64,000 nt of DNA, taken from positions 830,937-894,936 of the forward strand of contig CAWBXJ010000001.1 in NCBI GenBank assembly GCA_963792725.1, given 5' to 3'. The position numbers and the translations under genes were made by a program. Shown here piece after piece: positions 42,644 through 51,817 of this stretch (position 1 is the first letter of the stretch; each line of letters opens with the position of its first letter). This stretch comes from an uncultured Actinomycetota bacterium (GTDB lineage: Bacteria > Actinomycetota > Actinomycetes > Streptosporangiales > Streptosporangiaceae). The notes under the pieces were generated by a model. The model made no database searches, was not told the origin of the DNA, and was given only the letters and a program-made list of their open reading frames with translations.

Positions 42644-43666
42644 GTGGCGGACGTGGTCATCACCGGCGGCGCAGGCTTCCTTGGCTCTCGCCTCGCCCGG
42701 GAGCTGCTAGCCGCGGGCTCAATCCAGGTGGCCGGCGGCGCGGCGCGGCAGCTTGGCCAGCTGACACTGATCGACGCTGCGCCGGTCCCGCCGGATCTGG
42801 CCGACGACGAGCGCGTCGTCCCGATCGGCGGCGACCTCGGCGAGCCGGAGCTGCTACGTCCCGCGGGTACTGCCTGGGGGGCACTCGTCGGCGCCGAGGT
42901 GATCTTTCATCTCGCGGCCGCAGTCAGCGCCGCGTGCGAAGCGGATTTTGATCTCGGGGTGCGGGCTAACCTCCGCGTCACGGAGGCGCTGCTTCAGACG
43001 TGCCGGGCGCTCGGCACCAACCCCATCGTGATCTTCGCCAGCTCCGTCGCTGTCTTCGGGGCATCTGGCGAGCACCCAATCCCAGCGATTGTGGACGATC
43101 AAACGTTGCCTAATCCGCAGTCCAGCTACGGCGTGCAGAAGGTCATCGGCGAGCTGATGGTGGCCGACTACACACGCAAGGGATTCCTGCGCGGACGTGC
43201 TGTCCGCCTGATGACCGTCAGTGTGCGCCCTGGCCGACCCAACGCGGCGGCGTCGGGCTTCCTGTCGAGCATCGTCAGGGAACCTCTTGCGGGCGAGCGT
43301 GCGATCTGCCCTGTCGACCCGCGGACCGAAGTAGCGCTTGCCTCGCCGGCCAGGGCCATCGACGGGCTCCTGCGCGCCGCCAGCGCATCAGAAGCGGCCT
43401 GGGGTGGCCGGACCGCGGTTAACTTGCCAGCCCTCACTGTCACTATCGCGGAGATGGTCGCAGCGCTCGAGCGCGTGGCCGGGCCAGCGGTCAGCGCCCT
43501 GATCGACTGGGTCCCGGATCCGGCAGTGGCGGCCATCGTGACAAGCTGGCCCGCCAGGTTCCAGGCTGACCGGGCCGCGAGGCTCGGCCTGAGCGCCGAC
43601 CCGGACTTCGACTCGATCATCAAGATGCACCGCGCCGAGACGGGTGCTGCCCGCGCCGGGCACTAG
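42644..43666 (+). CDS. NAD-dependent epimerase/dehydratase-family dehydrogenase (D-erythronate-dehydrogenase-like)
   Basis: It reads VVITGGAGFLGSRLAREL. GGGAGA lies 5 nt upstream of the GTG. It is divergent from the DUF1537 kinase. Confidence 0.72.
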   Translation: MADVVITGGAGFLGSRLARELLAAGSIQVAGGAARQLGQLTLIDAAPVPPDLADDERVVPIGGDLGEPELLRPAGTAWGALVGAEVIFHLAAAVSAACEADFDLGVRANLRVTEALLQTCRALGTNPIVIFASSVAVFGASGEHPIPAIVDDQTLPNPQSSYGVQKVIGELMVADYTRKGFLRGRAVRLMTVSVRPGRPNAAASGFLSSIVREPLAGERAICPVDPRTEVALASPARAIDGLLRAASASEAAWGGRTAVNLPALTVTIAEMVAALERVAGPAVSALIDWVPDPAVAAIVTSWPARFQADRAARLGLSADPDFDSIIKMHRAETGAARAGH

Positions 43667-43734
43667 CTGTCTAGCGGACAGCGGACGGGCCCGCGCAGCC
43701 AGACTGCGGCGGCGGCTCGCGCCAGCCGGGCTTC

Positions 43735-44073
43735 TCAGCGCAAGAGCCGGAGGGCGGCCGCGGCGAAGGCGTGGACTACGGGATCCCAGCCGGATTCGTA
43801 GTTATCGCGAGCGGATGCGCCGTCGGGGCGGCGCTCCCAGCCCGAGTGGGTCAGCCGCACGACGGTGGTGCCGTCCGCCAGGGTCTCCACGATCGCGGCG
43901 CCGATCCCCTGGCCGAAGGTAACGCTGACCGCCTCCTCGCAGCCGACCGAGTGCGTCGCTAGCGGCCACCATTCGTGCATGGATGTGGTGAACAGCTCGA
44001 AGGCGCGGCGCGGGGCTGCAGCGACGGTGACGGACTTGCGGACGGGCTCGGCTGAGGTCATGTCGCTAGGCAT
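43735..44073 (-). CDS. SRPBCC/AHSA1-like domain protein
   Basis: It reads VRKSVTVAAAPRRAFELFTTSMHEWWP...THSGWE. It lies immediately downstream of the ArsR gene. Confidence 0.72.
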   Translation of the reverse strand: MPSDMTSAEPVRKSVTVAAAPRRAFELFTTSMHEWWPLATHSVGCEEAVSVTFGQGIGAAIVETLADGTTVVRLTHSGWERRPDGASARDNYESGWDPVVHAFAAAALRLLR

Positions 44074-44422
44074 CGGGGATGCTCTCTTGTTCGCGCCTGG
44101 GCCGCGCTCGGCTGCCGGAACTGTCGTTGCGAACCCGGTCGGCGTAGCGGTCCAGGGCGGTCTCCCAGAAGCTATCCAGCCAGGTCCGCAGCTCGGTGAG
44201 TCCGGCCGGGTCGAGCCGGTAGACGTTGCGCGTGCCGCGCTCGTCGTAGCTGACCAGGCCGCTGCGTCGCAGGACCGTCAGATGCTGCGATACGGCAGGG
44301 CGGCTCACGGGCAGTGCGGCGGCGAGTTCGCCCACCGACGCGGGCCCGGCTCGCAGGCGATGGATGATATGCCGCCGGGTGCGATCGCCTAGCGCGTCCA
44401 GGACTGCTTCGTAAGTTTCCAC
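44066..44422 (-). CDS. ArsR/SmtB-family transcriptional regulator
   Basis: It reads VLDALGDRTRRHIIHRLRAGPASVGELAAALPVSRPAVSQHLTVLRRSGLV. I chose the GTG start at 44422. Confidence 0.85.
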   Translation of the reverse strand: METYEAVLDALGDRTRRHIIHRLRAGPASVGELAAALPVSRPAVSQHLTVLRRSGLVSYDERGTRNVYRLDPAGLTELRTWLDSFWETALDRYADRVRNDSSGSRARPRREQESIPDA

Positions 44423-44604
44423 GAACCGTAAGTTGCCACGAACGAATGGACGTGTCAAGCCCGCGTGGCACCCGAGTCGTGGCAGCATCGCTGCGGCTCC
44501 GCTCGCCGCAGGTCGCCGGCCTGCAGCCGGACGCCGCTCGTCGTACGCTTCAACCGAGGACGCGTCGGCACTCGCGCAAGCACGGCACGGCTTAAGGAGC
44601 TTCA

Positions 44605-45633
44605 GTGTCCGGTCTGCAGGTCCAGCCGCGGGCACCAGCGGCGGCGCAGGGTCGCACGCCACTGCGCGGATCGGGCCTCGACCCGGCCGCCGCGCGCGGC
44701 CCCTCGGGAGTTCGGCCGGCGTCGTGGCGACGGCTGTGTCCCTCTTCGCTGGTCCTGGCCGGACTGACGGTCCTTGTTGCCTGGGTCGGCCTCGCCGGCC
44801 TGCTCAAGCGCGGCGGCCTGACGACGGTGCTGGCCGCAGGCTGGGCGGAGCTGGCTGCGCCGCTGCTGGTGGCGCTGGTCATCGCGGTAGGTGTCTGCGA
44901 GCAGATATGGCCGGCTGAGCGTCGCCCGCTCCTGGCCCGCGGTCACGTCCAGGATGCGTGCTTCGTGGCCGTGCACGCCATCGTCGTGATCCCGCTGATG
45001 ACCGTGCTGAGCGTCGGCTCGGCAGCGCTGATCGGTGGTCATGCGCGCTGGCTCGAGCTGCGATCGACTGAGCACTGGCCTGGCTGGCTGCTGATCCCCC
45101 TCACTGTTGTGGCGATGGACGGGGCTAACTGGCTGGCCCACTATGCCGACCACCGGCTCGGCGCGCTGTGGCGCTTTCATGCCCTGCATCACAGCCAGGA
45201 GGAGCTGAGCATCCTCACTTCATTCCGTGCGCACCCGCTCATGCACACGACCGGTTTCCTGCTGGCCACTATCCCGGTTGTGGTCCTGATGCCGGCCCGC
45301 CCGATCGCCCCGGTGCTCATCACGATCTACGTCTGCATCGGCACTCTCCAGCACGCTAATCTCCGCTGGAACTTCGGCCCGGTCGGCCGGGTGCTAGTGA
45401 GCCCTGCCTACCACCGCCTGCACCACGCGCCGGACACTCAGCAGGTCAACCTCGGCGTCGTGCTGACGATCTGGGACGTCCTGGCCGGTCGCGCGAGATT
45501 CCCCGCGCGGAGCGACGGCGTCGGCCGTACCGGCCTCAACGGCCGGCCGGTCCCCGTCGAGCAGGACGACTCCGCAGGGCCGGCGCTGCTTCTCCTCAGG
45601 CAGCTCAGCGAGCCATTCCAGGCACGTGGTTAG
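44605..45633 (+). CDS. sterol desaturase / fatty-acid hydroxylase family membrane protein
   Basis: His boxes HYADH, HALHHSQEE and HRLHH are present. AAGGAG lies 5 nt upstream of the GTG. Confidence 0.85.
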   Translation: MSGLQVQPRAPAAAQGRTPLRGSGLDPAAARGPSGVRPASWRRLCPSSLVLAGLTVLVAWVGLAGLLKRGGLTTVLAAGWAELAAPLLVALVIAVGVCEQIWPAERRPLLARGHVQDACFVAVHAIVVIPLMTVLSVGSAALIGGHARWLELRSTEHWPGWLLIPLTVVAMDGANWLAHYADHRLGALWRFHALHHSQEELSILTSFRAHPLMHTTGFLLATIPVVVLMPARPIAPVLITIYVCIGTLQHANLRWNFGPVGRVLVSPAYHRLHHAPDTQQVNLGVVLTIWDVLAGRARFPARSDGVGRTGLNGRPVPVEQDDSAGPALLLLRQLSEPFQARG

Positions 45634-47282
45634 TAGCCGGACGGCGACGCCGACGCCGTGCCGTCGTCGGCACTCGCCTGCGCCTGATAGCGCACCCTCA
45701 GCAGCTGCTTCTGAACCTTGCCGCTTGCGGTGCGCGGCAGCTCATCGACCACCTCCACGGTCCGTGGCACCTTGAACCGCGCGAGCTGTCCAGACAGGCA
45801 TCCCGCCAGGTACTCCGCATCGAGGGTGAACCCGGCGGCCACGGTGACGACCGCGTGCGGCACCTCGCCCCAGCGCTCGTCCGGCACGCCGATGACGGCG
45901 ACGCCAGTGACGCCGGGGATCGCCGCGATCGCCTGCTCGACTTCCGCCGAGTAGATGTTCTCCCCGCCGGAGATGATCAGGTCGTTGACACGGTCGGCGA
46001 TGTACAGGAAGCCGTCCTCGTCGGTATAGCCGAGGTCGCCGGTGCGCAGCCAGCCATCGTCGGTGAAGGCGCTGCGGCTAGCGGTCTCGTTGTCCCAGTA
46101 TTCGGCGAAGACGTTGGGGCCGCGCGCCTCGATCTCACCGCGCTGACCGGGGCCGGCCAGCACTCCGGCGCCAGTTCGGACGCGGAACTCGGTGAAGTGA
46201 TGCGCGAGCCCGGCTGAGCCGGCACGCTCCCGCGAGTACCACGGCGGCAGCATGGTGATCCCAGGGGAGGTCTCGGTCATCCCGTAGCCGCCGGAGAACG
46301 ACAGGCCCCGGCCCTCATAGGCGTCGCGGACCCGGTCGGGGACGGCCGAACCCCCGCACGTGAGCAGCCGCAGCGACGAGATGTCGGCCGACTCCCAGGC
46401 CGGGTCGTCCAGCATCAGCTGATAAGTCGTGGGGACGCCGCTGATCATGGTGGCGCGCTGCTGCTCGATCGACCGCAGGGCATCCCCTGGTACGAAGCGC
46501 TCGGCCAGGAGCAGCGTCGCTCCTTTGAGGTACACCGGCAGGCAGCCCATCCCGAGGGCGGCGACGTGGAAGAGCGGCGAGATCATCAGCGCGCGGTCCG
46601 AGCTGACGAGGTCGTAGTCCACGAGGACGTTGACCGCATTCCACGTCAGGTTGCCGTGGGTGAGCACGGCGCCCTTCGGGCGGCCGGTCGTGCCCGACGT
46701 ATAGATGATGACCGCGCGGTCGGCGAGGCTGACTCGCGCGGGTTCGCGGGGGCTAGCCCTGCCAACCCCGGCGGCACCGATGACACCCTCGTAGTCTTCA
46801 GCTGTGCCATCCGTAGTTACCGGATCGGCCGATCCGGCGGAGCCGACCACGATCCGCGCGATCGGGAGCTCGGCGCTCGCTGCCACCGCCAGCGGTTCGA
46901 GGGCTGCGCTATGCACGAGCATGGTTGCCCCCGAGTCGGTGAGCATATAGGCGAGCTCGGGAGCCGACAGCCGGGTGTTGAGCGGGACGAAGATCGCGCC
47001 GAGCTGGGTCGAGGCAAACAGCGTCTCGACGAACGAGGGATGGTTATTGCCGAGGTAGGCGAGCCGGTCGCCGAAGCGCACGCCACGCTCCTGCAGGGCG
47101 GCCGCGAGCCGGTCTATGCGCGTGGCGAGCTCGCCATAGGTCACCGCGCTGTCGCGGAAGACGATCGCCGTGCGCCCGGCCGACTTGACCGCGCGGCGCC
47201 TGGGCCACGCACCGATGCCCTCCGGGATCACATCGACTCCCTTCTCGGCTCTGTCAGGAACGTCGATCTCCGCGGCATGCAC
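45630..47282 (-). CDS. AMP-dependent acyl-CoA synthetase/ligase (FadD-like)
   Basis: It reads IIYTSGTTGRPKGAVLTH, GYGMTET and TGDLGYTDEDGFLYIADR. Confidence 0.9.
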   Translation of the reverse strand: MHAAEIDVPDRAEKGVDVIPEGIGAWPRRRAVKSAGRTAIVFRDSAVTYGELATRIDRLAAALQERGVRFGDRLAYLGNNHPSFVETLFASTQLGAIFVPLNTRLSAPELAYMLTDSGATMLVHSAALEPLAVAASAELPIARIVVGSAGSADPVTTDGTAEDYEGVIGAAGVGRASPREPARVSLADRAVIIYTSGTTGRPKGAVLTHGNLTWNAVNVLVDYDLVSSDRALMISPLFHVAALGMGCLPVYLKGATLLLAERFVPGDALRSIEQQRATMISGVPTTYQLMLDDPAWESADISSLRLLTCGGSAVPDRVRDAYEGRGLSFSGGYGMTETSPGITMLPPWYSRERAGSAGLAHHFTEFRVRTGAGVLAGPGQRGEIEARGPNVFAEYWDNETASRSAFTDDGWLRTGDLGYTDEDGFLYIADRVNDLIISGGENIYSAEVEQAIAAIPGVTGVAVIGVPDERWGEVPHAVVTVAAGFTLDAEYLAGCLSGQLARFKVPRTVEVVDELPRTASGKVQKQLLRVRYQAQASADDGTASASPSGY

Positions 47283-47455
47283 GGTCAGGCTCGCGTGCGC
47301 GTGCGCTCGTGATGGCGAGGCAACCAGCGCACCGTCTCGTCCGCCGGGCCACCATCGCGGCCATCCGCTGGCACGACCGCGCTCCTACCTGTCATTCCGG
47401 CCTCCACCTGCTGCCCCAGGCTCTCCTGAACCGTACCGAGTACTCGCCGCCGGCG

Positions 47456-48538
47456 TCATGGGAGCGGGTGTGCCATGAAGAAGGCCCACATGAGCGAGTT
47501 GGCGTTCAGCGCATCGCTTTGGGGGCCGAGTACACCGGTGATCTCCGCGGGCATTGCCGGGCCGCCGGGCCATTCGTGGCCTTCGCCGCGGATGGCGTAG
47601 AGCTCGACCACGGCGCCGCCCGCGCAGCCGGCGTACTTGGTGAGGCTGTAGCCGCTGCCGGAGGCCACCTGCGGGCTTGCGGCGCAGCGATCCTGCGCCG
47701 CCCAGAGCCGGGCGGCGGTCGGCACGGAGTAGGTCCAGTACGGCTCCCCGTGGCCGTTGAAGGGGTCGATCGGGTCGGCGGTGCCGTGGAAGGCGATCAC
47801 CGGCACCGGCCTGCTGGCCGGGCACGGGCTGGCAATCCGCAACCCGGCAACCGGGGCGATGGCGGCGAAGGTGCCGGCCGCGTCGCACGCCAGCTGGCTG
47901 GCCATCCGCCCGCCGCCGGACACGCCTGTCGCGTATACCTGACGCAGGTCAATGCAGTACCGTCCGGCCAGGTCCGTCACCAGGCTCGTCAGGAACGTGA
48001 TGTCACTGGGATCGCTAGCTGCCGGGAGACTGCCGTTGATGAGCGGCACGCCGGGGATGTTCCAGTCATAACCGGTCCCGTCCGCGATCAGCGCCTGTGG
48101 GTAGGCGACGATGAAGCCGTCCGCGTTAGCAGCAGTGTCCGTGCCGCTGAACGTCTGCTGCGCACGGGCTGTGCTCTCACTGCCGTGAAGATTGAGAACG
48201 AGCGCGACCTTCGCAGATCCCGTGTACCCCGCGGGGACGTGCACGATCACGACTCGCTTGTGACCACTGACCGTCACGCTGTACTGCAGTGACCCCGTGG
48301 CCCGGTGATGTCCGCAGCCCGAACCCCCCGCGGCGGGCGGCAGGGTCCCCGCCGTGGCCGGTGCTGCCGTTGCCCCGGCATGACCGCAGCCCGCGATGGG
48401 GCCAGCCGCCAGCAGTAACGCCACGCCTAGGCCGAGGCTGCGGCCGCGCCGCCGCGAGCTCAGGAGCGCAGCGCCGGTCCTGGCGATCGGCAACCGGTGG
48501 CTGGTGATCCAGCCTCGGCGGACCGACGTACCGGCCAT
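47456..48538 (-). CDS. lipoprotein esterase of the PHB-depolymerase (LpqC-like) family
   Basis: The lipobox is PIAGC. The serine motif is ATGVSGGGRM. It also reads VIAFHGTADP. Confidence 0.82.
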   Translation of the reverse strand: MAGTSVRRGWITSHRLPIARTGAALLSSRRRGRSLGLGVALLLAAGPIAGCGHAGATAAPATAGTLPPAAGGSGCGHHRATGSLQYSVTVSGHKRVVIVHVPAGYTGSAKVALVLNLHGSESTARAQQTFSGTDTAANADGFIVAYPQALIADGTGYDWNIPGVPLINGSLPAASDPSDITFLTSLVTDLAGRYCIDLRQVYATGVSGGGRMASQLACDAAGTFAAIAPVAGLRIASPCPASRPVPVIAFHGTADPIDPFNGHGEPYWTYSVPTAARLWAAQDRCAASPQVASGSGYSLTKYAGCAGGAVVELYAIRGEGHEWPGGPAMPAEITGVLGPQSDALNANSLMWAFFMAHPLP

Positions 48539-48555
48539 TGGTTATCCCCTCGCCT

Positions 48556-48580
48556 AGATATGCAACCTGGTTGCATATCT
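48556..48580. promoter_or_regulatory. 25-bp perfect palindrome AGATATGCAACC-T-GGTTGCATATCT (candidate MarR operator)
   Basis: Read from the sequence. It lies between the esterase start (48538) and the MarR start (48597). A TACGAT -10-like hexamer at 48583-48588 ends 8 nt before the MarR GTG. Confidence 0.55.
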
Positions 48581-48596
48581 GCTACGATACGAGTCA

Positions 48597-49079
48597 GTGG
48601 CTCCGAACGCAAACCCCTACCGGTTCGGCGACCTGCTCGCACTCGCCCGCCAGAGCTGGATTCGCCAGATGGCCAGCGAGCTGGCCGATCGCGGCTTCAT
48701 CGACTACCGGATCGCTGATGCGGCTGTCATGCGCCGGCTACGACGCGCACCAGTCTCGGTCGGCCAGCTCGGCGCGGACCTCGGCGTTACCCGCCAGGCA
48801 GCGCGGAAGGTAGTCCGCGGCCTGCAGGAGCGCGGCTACGCCGGCACGGAGCCGGACGCCGATGATGCCCGGAAGCTGAACGTGATCCTCACGGCCTCCG
48901 GCCACGCCTATGCCAGCGCAATCACCGAGGTGATCGCCAGGCTCAACCGGGCGCTGGCGGCCAAGGTAACGCCCGAGCAGCTTGCGGCGGCCGACGTAGT
49001 CCTCCGCATTTCCATCGACGACGAGCAGGTCGCCCTCAGCGCAGGGCGGATCCCGCCACCGCGCCAGCGCGGTCACTAG
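48597..49079 (+). CDS. MarR-family transcriptional regulator
   Basis: It reads VSVGQLGADLGVTRQAARKVVRGLQERGYAGTEPDADDARKL. Confidence 0.88.
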   Translation: MAPNANPYRFGDLLALARQSWIRQMASELADRGFIDYRIADAAVMRRLRRAPVSVGQLGADLGVTRQAARKVVRGLQERGYAGTEPDADDARKLNVILTASGHAYASAITEVIARLNRALAAKVTPEQLAAADVVLRISIDDEQVALSAGRIPPPRQRGH

Positions 49080-49088
49080 GGTTGCGGC

Positions 49089-49436
49089 ATGGCGGAGTTG
49101 CTTCACATCACCGAGCGGGCGGCCTGGCTTGATGCCGCGCGCGAAGGCGAGTACCGCATGTCCACCCGCGGTCGGACGCTGGCGGAGGAGGGCTTGATTC
49201 ACTGCTCGCTCAGACACCAGCTACGCGGCGTCGCCGAGTTCGTCTACGGCGATGCTGACGATCTTGTGGTGCTCGTCATCGACGAGGCGCGGCTCGAGGC
49301 TGAGGTACGGTACGAGGCGCCAGAGCCGGGTGCGGACAGCTATCCCCATATCTACGGCGCCGTGCCTGCGCACGCCGTCACTGCCGTCATCGACGTAAGC
49401 CGCAACTCGTCAGGACGACTTGTCCTGCCGGAGTAG
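49089..49436 (+). CDS. DUF952-family protein
   Basis: It reads LLHITERAAW...EGLIHCSLRHQL...YPHIYGAVP. Confidence 0.82.
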   Translation: MAELLHITERAAWLDAAREGEYRMSTRGRTLAEEGLIHCSLRHQLRGVAEFVYGDADDLVVLVIDEARLEAEVRYEAPEPGADSYPHIYGAVPAHAVTAVIDVSRNSSGRLVLPE

Positions 49437-49444
49437 GACGAGGG

Positions 49445-50554
49445 TCATGCACCGGCCGCCGATGTTCTGCCAGCGGCTCGCGACGGCGCCAGCCTCTCCC
49501 CCAGGGGCGCGAGGGCCGTCGCTGGCAGGCGCAGCTCGAATGTCGAGCCTTCGCCGACCTTGCTCTCGACCCGAACCGAGCCGTCGTGGGCCTCGGCGAT
49601 CGCCTTGACGAGGGCCAGGCCGAGGCCGAAACGGACCGCCCGCTCCCGACCAGAGTCGATCCGGGAGAACCGGCCGAAGATGCGGCCGACATCGGCGGCC
49701 GCGATCCCGCAGCCGGAATCGGTGACGGCGAGGACCACGGTCTCGCCCTCGCGACGGGCGCTCAGCTCGATGCGGCCGTCGACGTCGGTATGAGTGACCG
49801 CGTTCTCGATGAGCGCATCGAGCGCGAGGGTCAACCGGTCCCCGTCCGCTGGCATCGTCCCCTCCGCCAGTGCGCCCAGTGTCCACTGCCGGTGGACGTG
49901 CCGCCATCGCAGGACTGTCTCGAGTACGAGGTCCGCGATGTCCACGGGAGCGGTGCGCAGGAAGTCCGGGCCGTCCGACGAGGCCAGCAGCAGCATCCGG
50001 CTGGTCAGCCGGCGCATCCGAAGCAGCTCATCCACGGCCACGCGTGCGTCCTTGGCGATCGTCTCGTCGGTCGCTGCCTGCTCGATCAGCTCGGCGTGAC
50101 CAAGGGCAATGGTGATCGGCGTGCCCAGCTCGTGGGAGGCGTCCTGCAGGAACCGCCGCTGCTGAGCCAGCAGGAGCAGGTTGTGCTCGGAGACGCGCCT
50201 CATGGCGTCCAGTGCCGCGACCCGCCTGCGGGAATGCCAGACCATGACCACGAACATCATGGCGAGCAACGGGACCTCCGCCAGGTAGTCCGCGTCCTGC
50301 TTCCCCGCGATGACCTGCCAGCCGATCAGGCCGCCGGTAGCGATGGTCACTGTCAGGACGGTGACGAGCGTCGATCCGAGGCGCCACAGCCGAAAGCCGT
50401 AGATCGCCGTCAGGCTCACCCAGATGATGAGGAACGGGACTGTCTGCCAGCCGGGGAGCAGGCGCATGGCCAGCAGATTCAGCCCTATGAACACGACCCA
50501 GGCAATGTCCACCCACGACGCCCTCGCCGTACGAAGCAGCCGGTCACCGCGCAT
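49445..50554 (-). CDS. sensor histidine kinase (membrane-embedded sensor, HisKA + HATPase_c), no adjacent response regulator
   Basis: The H-box reads FLQDASHELGTPITI. The G-boxes read VTDSGCGI and GLGLALV. I chose the start at MRGDRLL (50554). Confidence 0.85.
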   Translation of the reverse strand: MRGDRLLRTARASWVDIAWVVFIGLNLLAMRLLPGWQTVPFLIIWVSLTAIYGFRLWRLGSTLVTVLTVTIATGGLIGWQVIAGKQDADYLAEVPLLAMMFVVMVWHSRRRVAALDAMRRVSEHNLLLLAQQRRFLQDASHELGTPITIALGHAELIEQAATDETIAKDARVAVDELLRMRRLTSRMLLLASSDGPDFLRTAPVDIADLVLETVLRWRHVHRQWTLGALAEGTMPADGDRLTLALDALIENAVTHTDVDGRIELSARREGETVVLAVTDSGCGIAAADVGRIFGRFSRIDSGRERAVRFGLGLALVKAIAEAHDGSVRVESKVGEGSTFELRLPATALAPLGERLAPSRAAGRTSAAGA

Positions 50555-50774
50555 CGGCCCACACCCCCCTTTCGGCGCAGCCCGCCGCGGCCGATTCGGC
50601 CACGTGCTCGGCACGAGGCCTTCTTGTGCCATCCCTCGCTGAAGCGCCACGCGCATCCTACGACGGGAGGGACAATTCGGGTAGACGAAGCTCCGGGCCG
50701 CATATCGGCCCGGGTGTGCCCTGCTCACCCTCGAGGAAGCCGCGTGACCTTCATCAGCCCGGCACTCGGCTCAG

Positions 50775-51185
50775 CTATCGGTGATCGTGACTGGCCTGGG
50801 TCAGCACCTCGGCCAGCACCGCTGCTTCGCTATGCGCAGCGTCCTTCGTCGCGGTCAGCAGCGTGACACGGCCGGCGGCGGCTAGTGCCCGGAGCTGGTC
50901 GAGAGCGTCGGCCGCCGGGGGCTCGGCAAGCTCCTGCCGGTACCGCGAGGAGAACCCAGCGAACTTGGCCGGGTCGTGGCTGTACCACTTGCGCAGCTCG
51001 GTCGACGGCGCCACGTCCTTGAGCCACAGATCCAGGTCGGCGGCGTCTTTTGACAGCCCGCGGGGCCAGAGCCGATCGACCAGGACACGAACTCCATCGG
51101 TCTTGTCCGGCAGTTCGTACACCCGCCGGACAAGGACCTGCCCTGCCGCCGTCCGAGATCCGCGCGCCTTGCCGCCGCTGACCAT
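50775..51185 (-). CDS. DUF488-family protein
   Basis: It reads VRVLVDRLWPRGLSKDAADLDLWLKDVAPSTELRKWYSHDP. GGGAGG lies upstream of the ATG at 51185. Confidence 0.85.
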   Translation of the reverse strand: MVSGGKARGSRTAAGQVLVRRVYELPDKTDGVRVLVDRLWPRGLSKDAADLDLWLKDVAPSTELRKWYSHDPAKFAGFSSRYRQELAEPPAADALDQLRALAAAGRVTLLTATKDAAHSEAAVLAEVLTQASHDHR

Positions 51186-51272
51186 CTCAGACCTCCCTTC
51201 AGCCAAAGGCCGTCGCCGTGACTGCAAGCGTGCCCCGGCAGCGTCCTCCGTACCATCCGGACCCGAGATGCG

Positions 51273-51779
51273 TTGGCCGGGCGCCTGCAGGGCACCACCG
51301 CTGGTACGGTCGCCTTCGTGGCCTATGAGGTGCGGACCGAGCAGGCACATCCGCGCGCGCTCGCCGCGGTACGCGCAACGACCACCCGTCAGCAACTCGG
51401 CGCCGACATCGTGCGACTGCTCGACCTGGTCTGGCCGGTCCTGCGCGAGCAAGGCGTCGGTACCGGGCACAACGTCGTGGTGTACCACGGCGGCGGCGCA
51501 GACGGCACGCTCACCATCGAAGCTGGCGTCGAGACGCTCACCGCGTTCAGCGAGCGCGGTCAGGTCCGCGCCGCGTCCACTCCGCCCGGCGCGGTAGCGA
51601 CTGCATCGCACTACGGCGACTACTCCCAGATGGCAGGCGCTTACGCAGCACTAGAGCAGTGGATCACCGCGAACGGGCGTCGCGCCGCCGGAGTGACCTG
51701 GGAGGTCTACGGCGACTGGGACGAAGATCCCGCCAAGGTGCGGACCGACATCTACTTCCTGCTCGAATCAGCTTCTTAG
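51273..51779 (+). CDS. GyrI-like small-molecule-binding domain protein
   Basis: It reads ...VVYHGGG...LTIEAGVE...ASHYGDYSQMAGAYAALEQWI...WEVYGDW. The start is uncertain. Confidence 0.72.
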   Translation: MAGRLQGTTAGTVAFVAYEVRTEQAHPRALAAVRATTTRQQLGADIVRLLDLVWPVLREQGVGTGHNVVVYHGGGADGTLTIEAGVETLTAFSERGQVRAASTPPGAVATASHYGDYSQMAGAYAALEQWITANGRRAAGVTWEVYGDWDEDPAKVRTDIYFLLESAS

Positions 51780-51817
51780 GGGAACGGGGTGCGGTGGGCC
51801 AGCAGCCGCCGCGCGAG

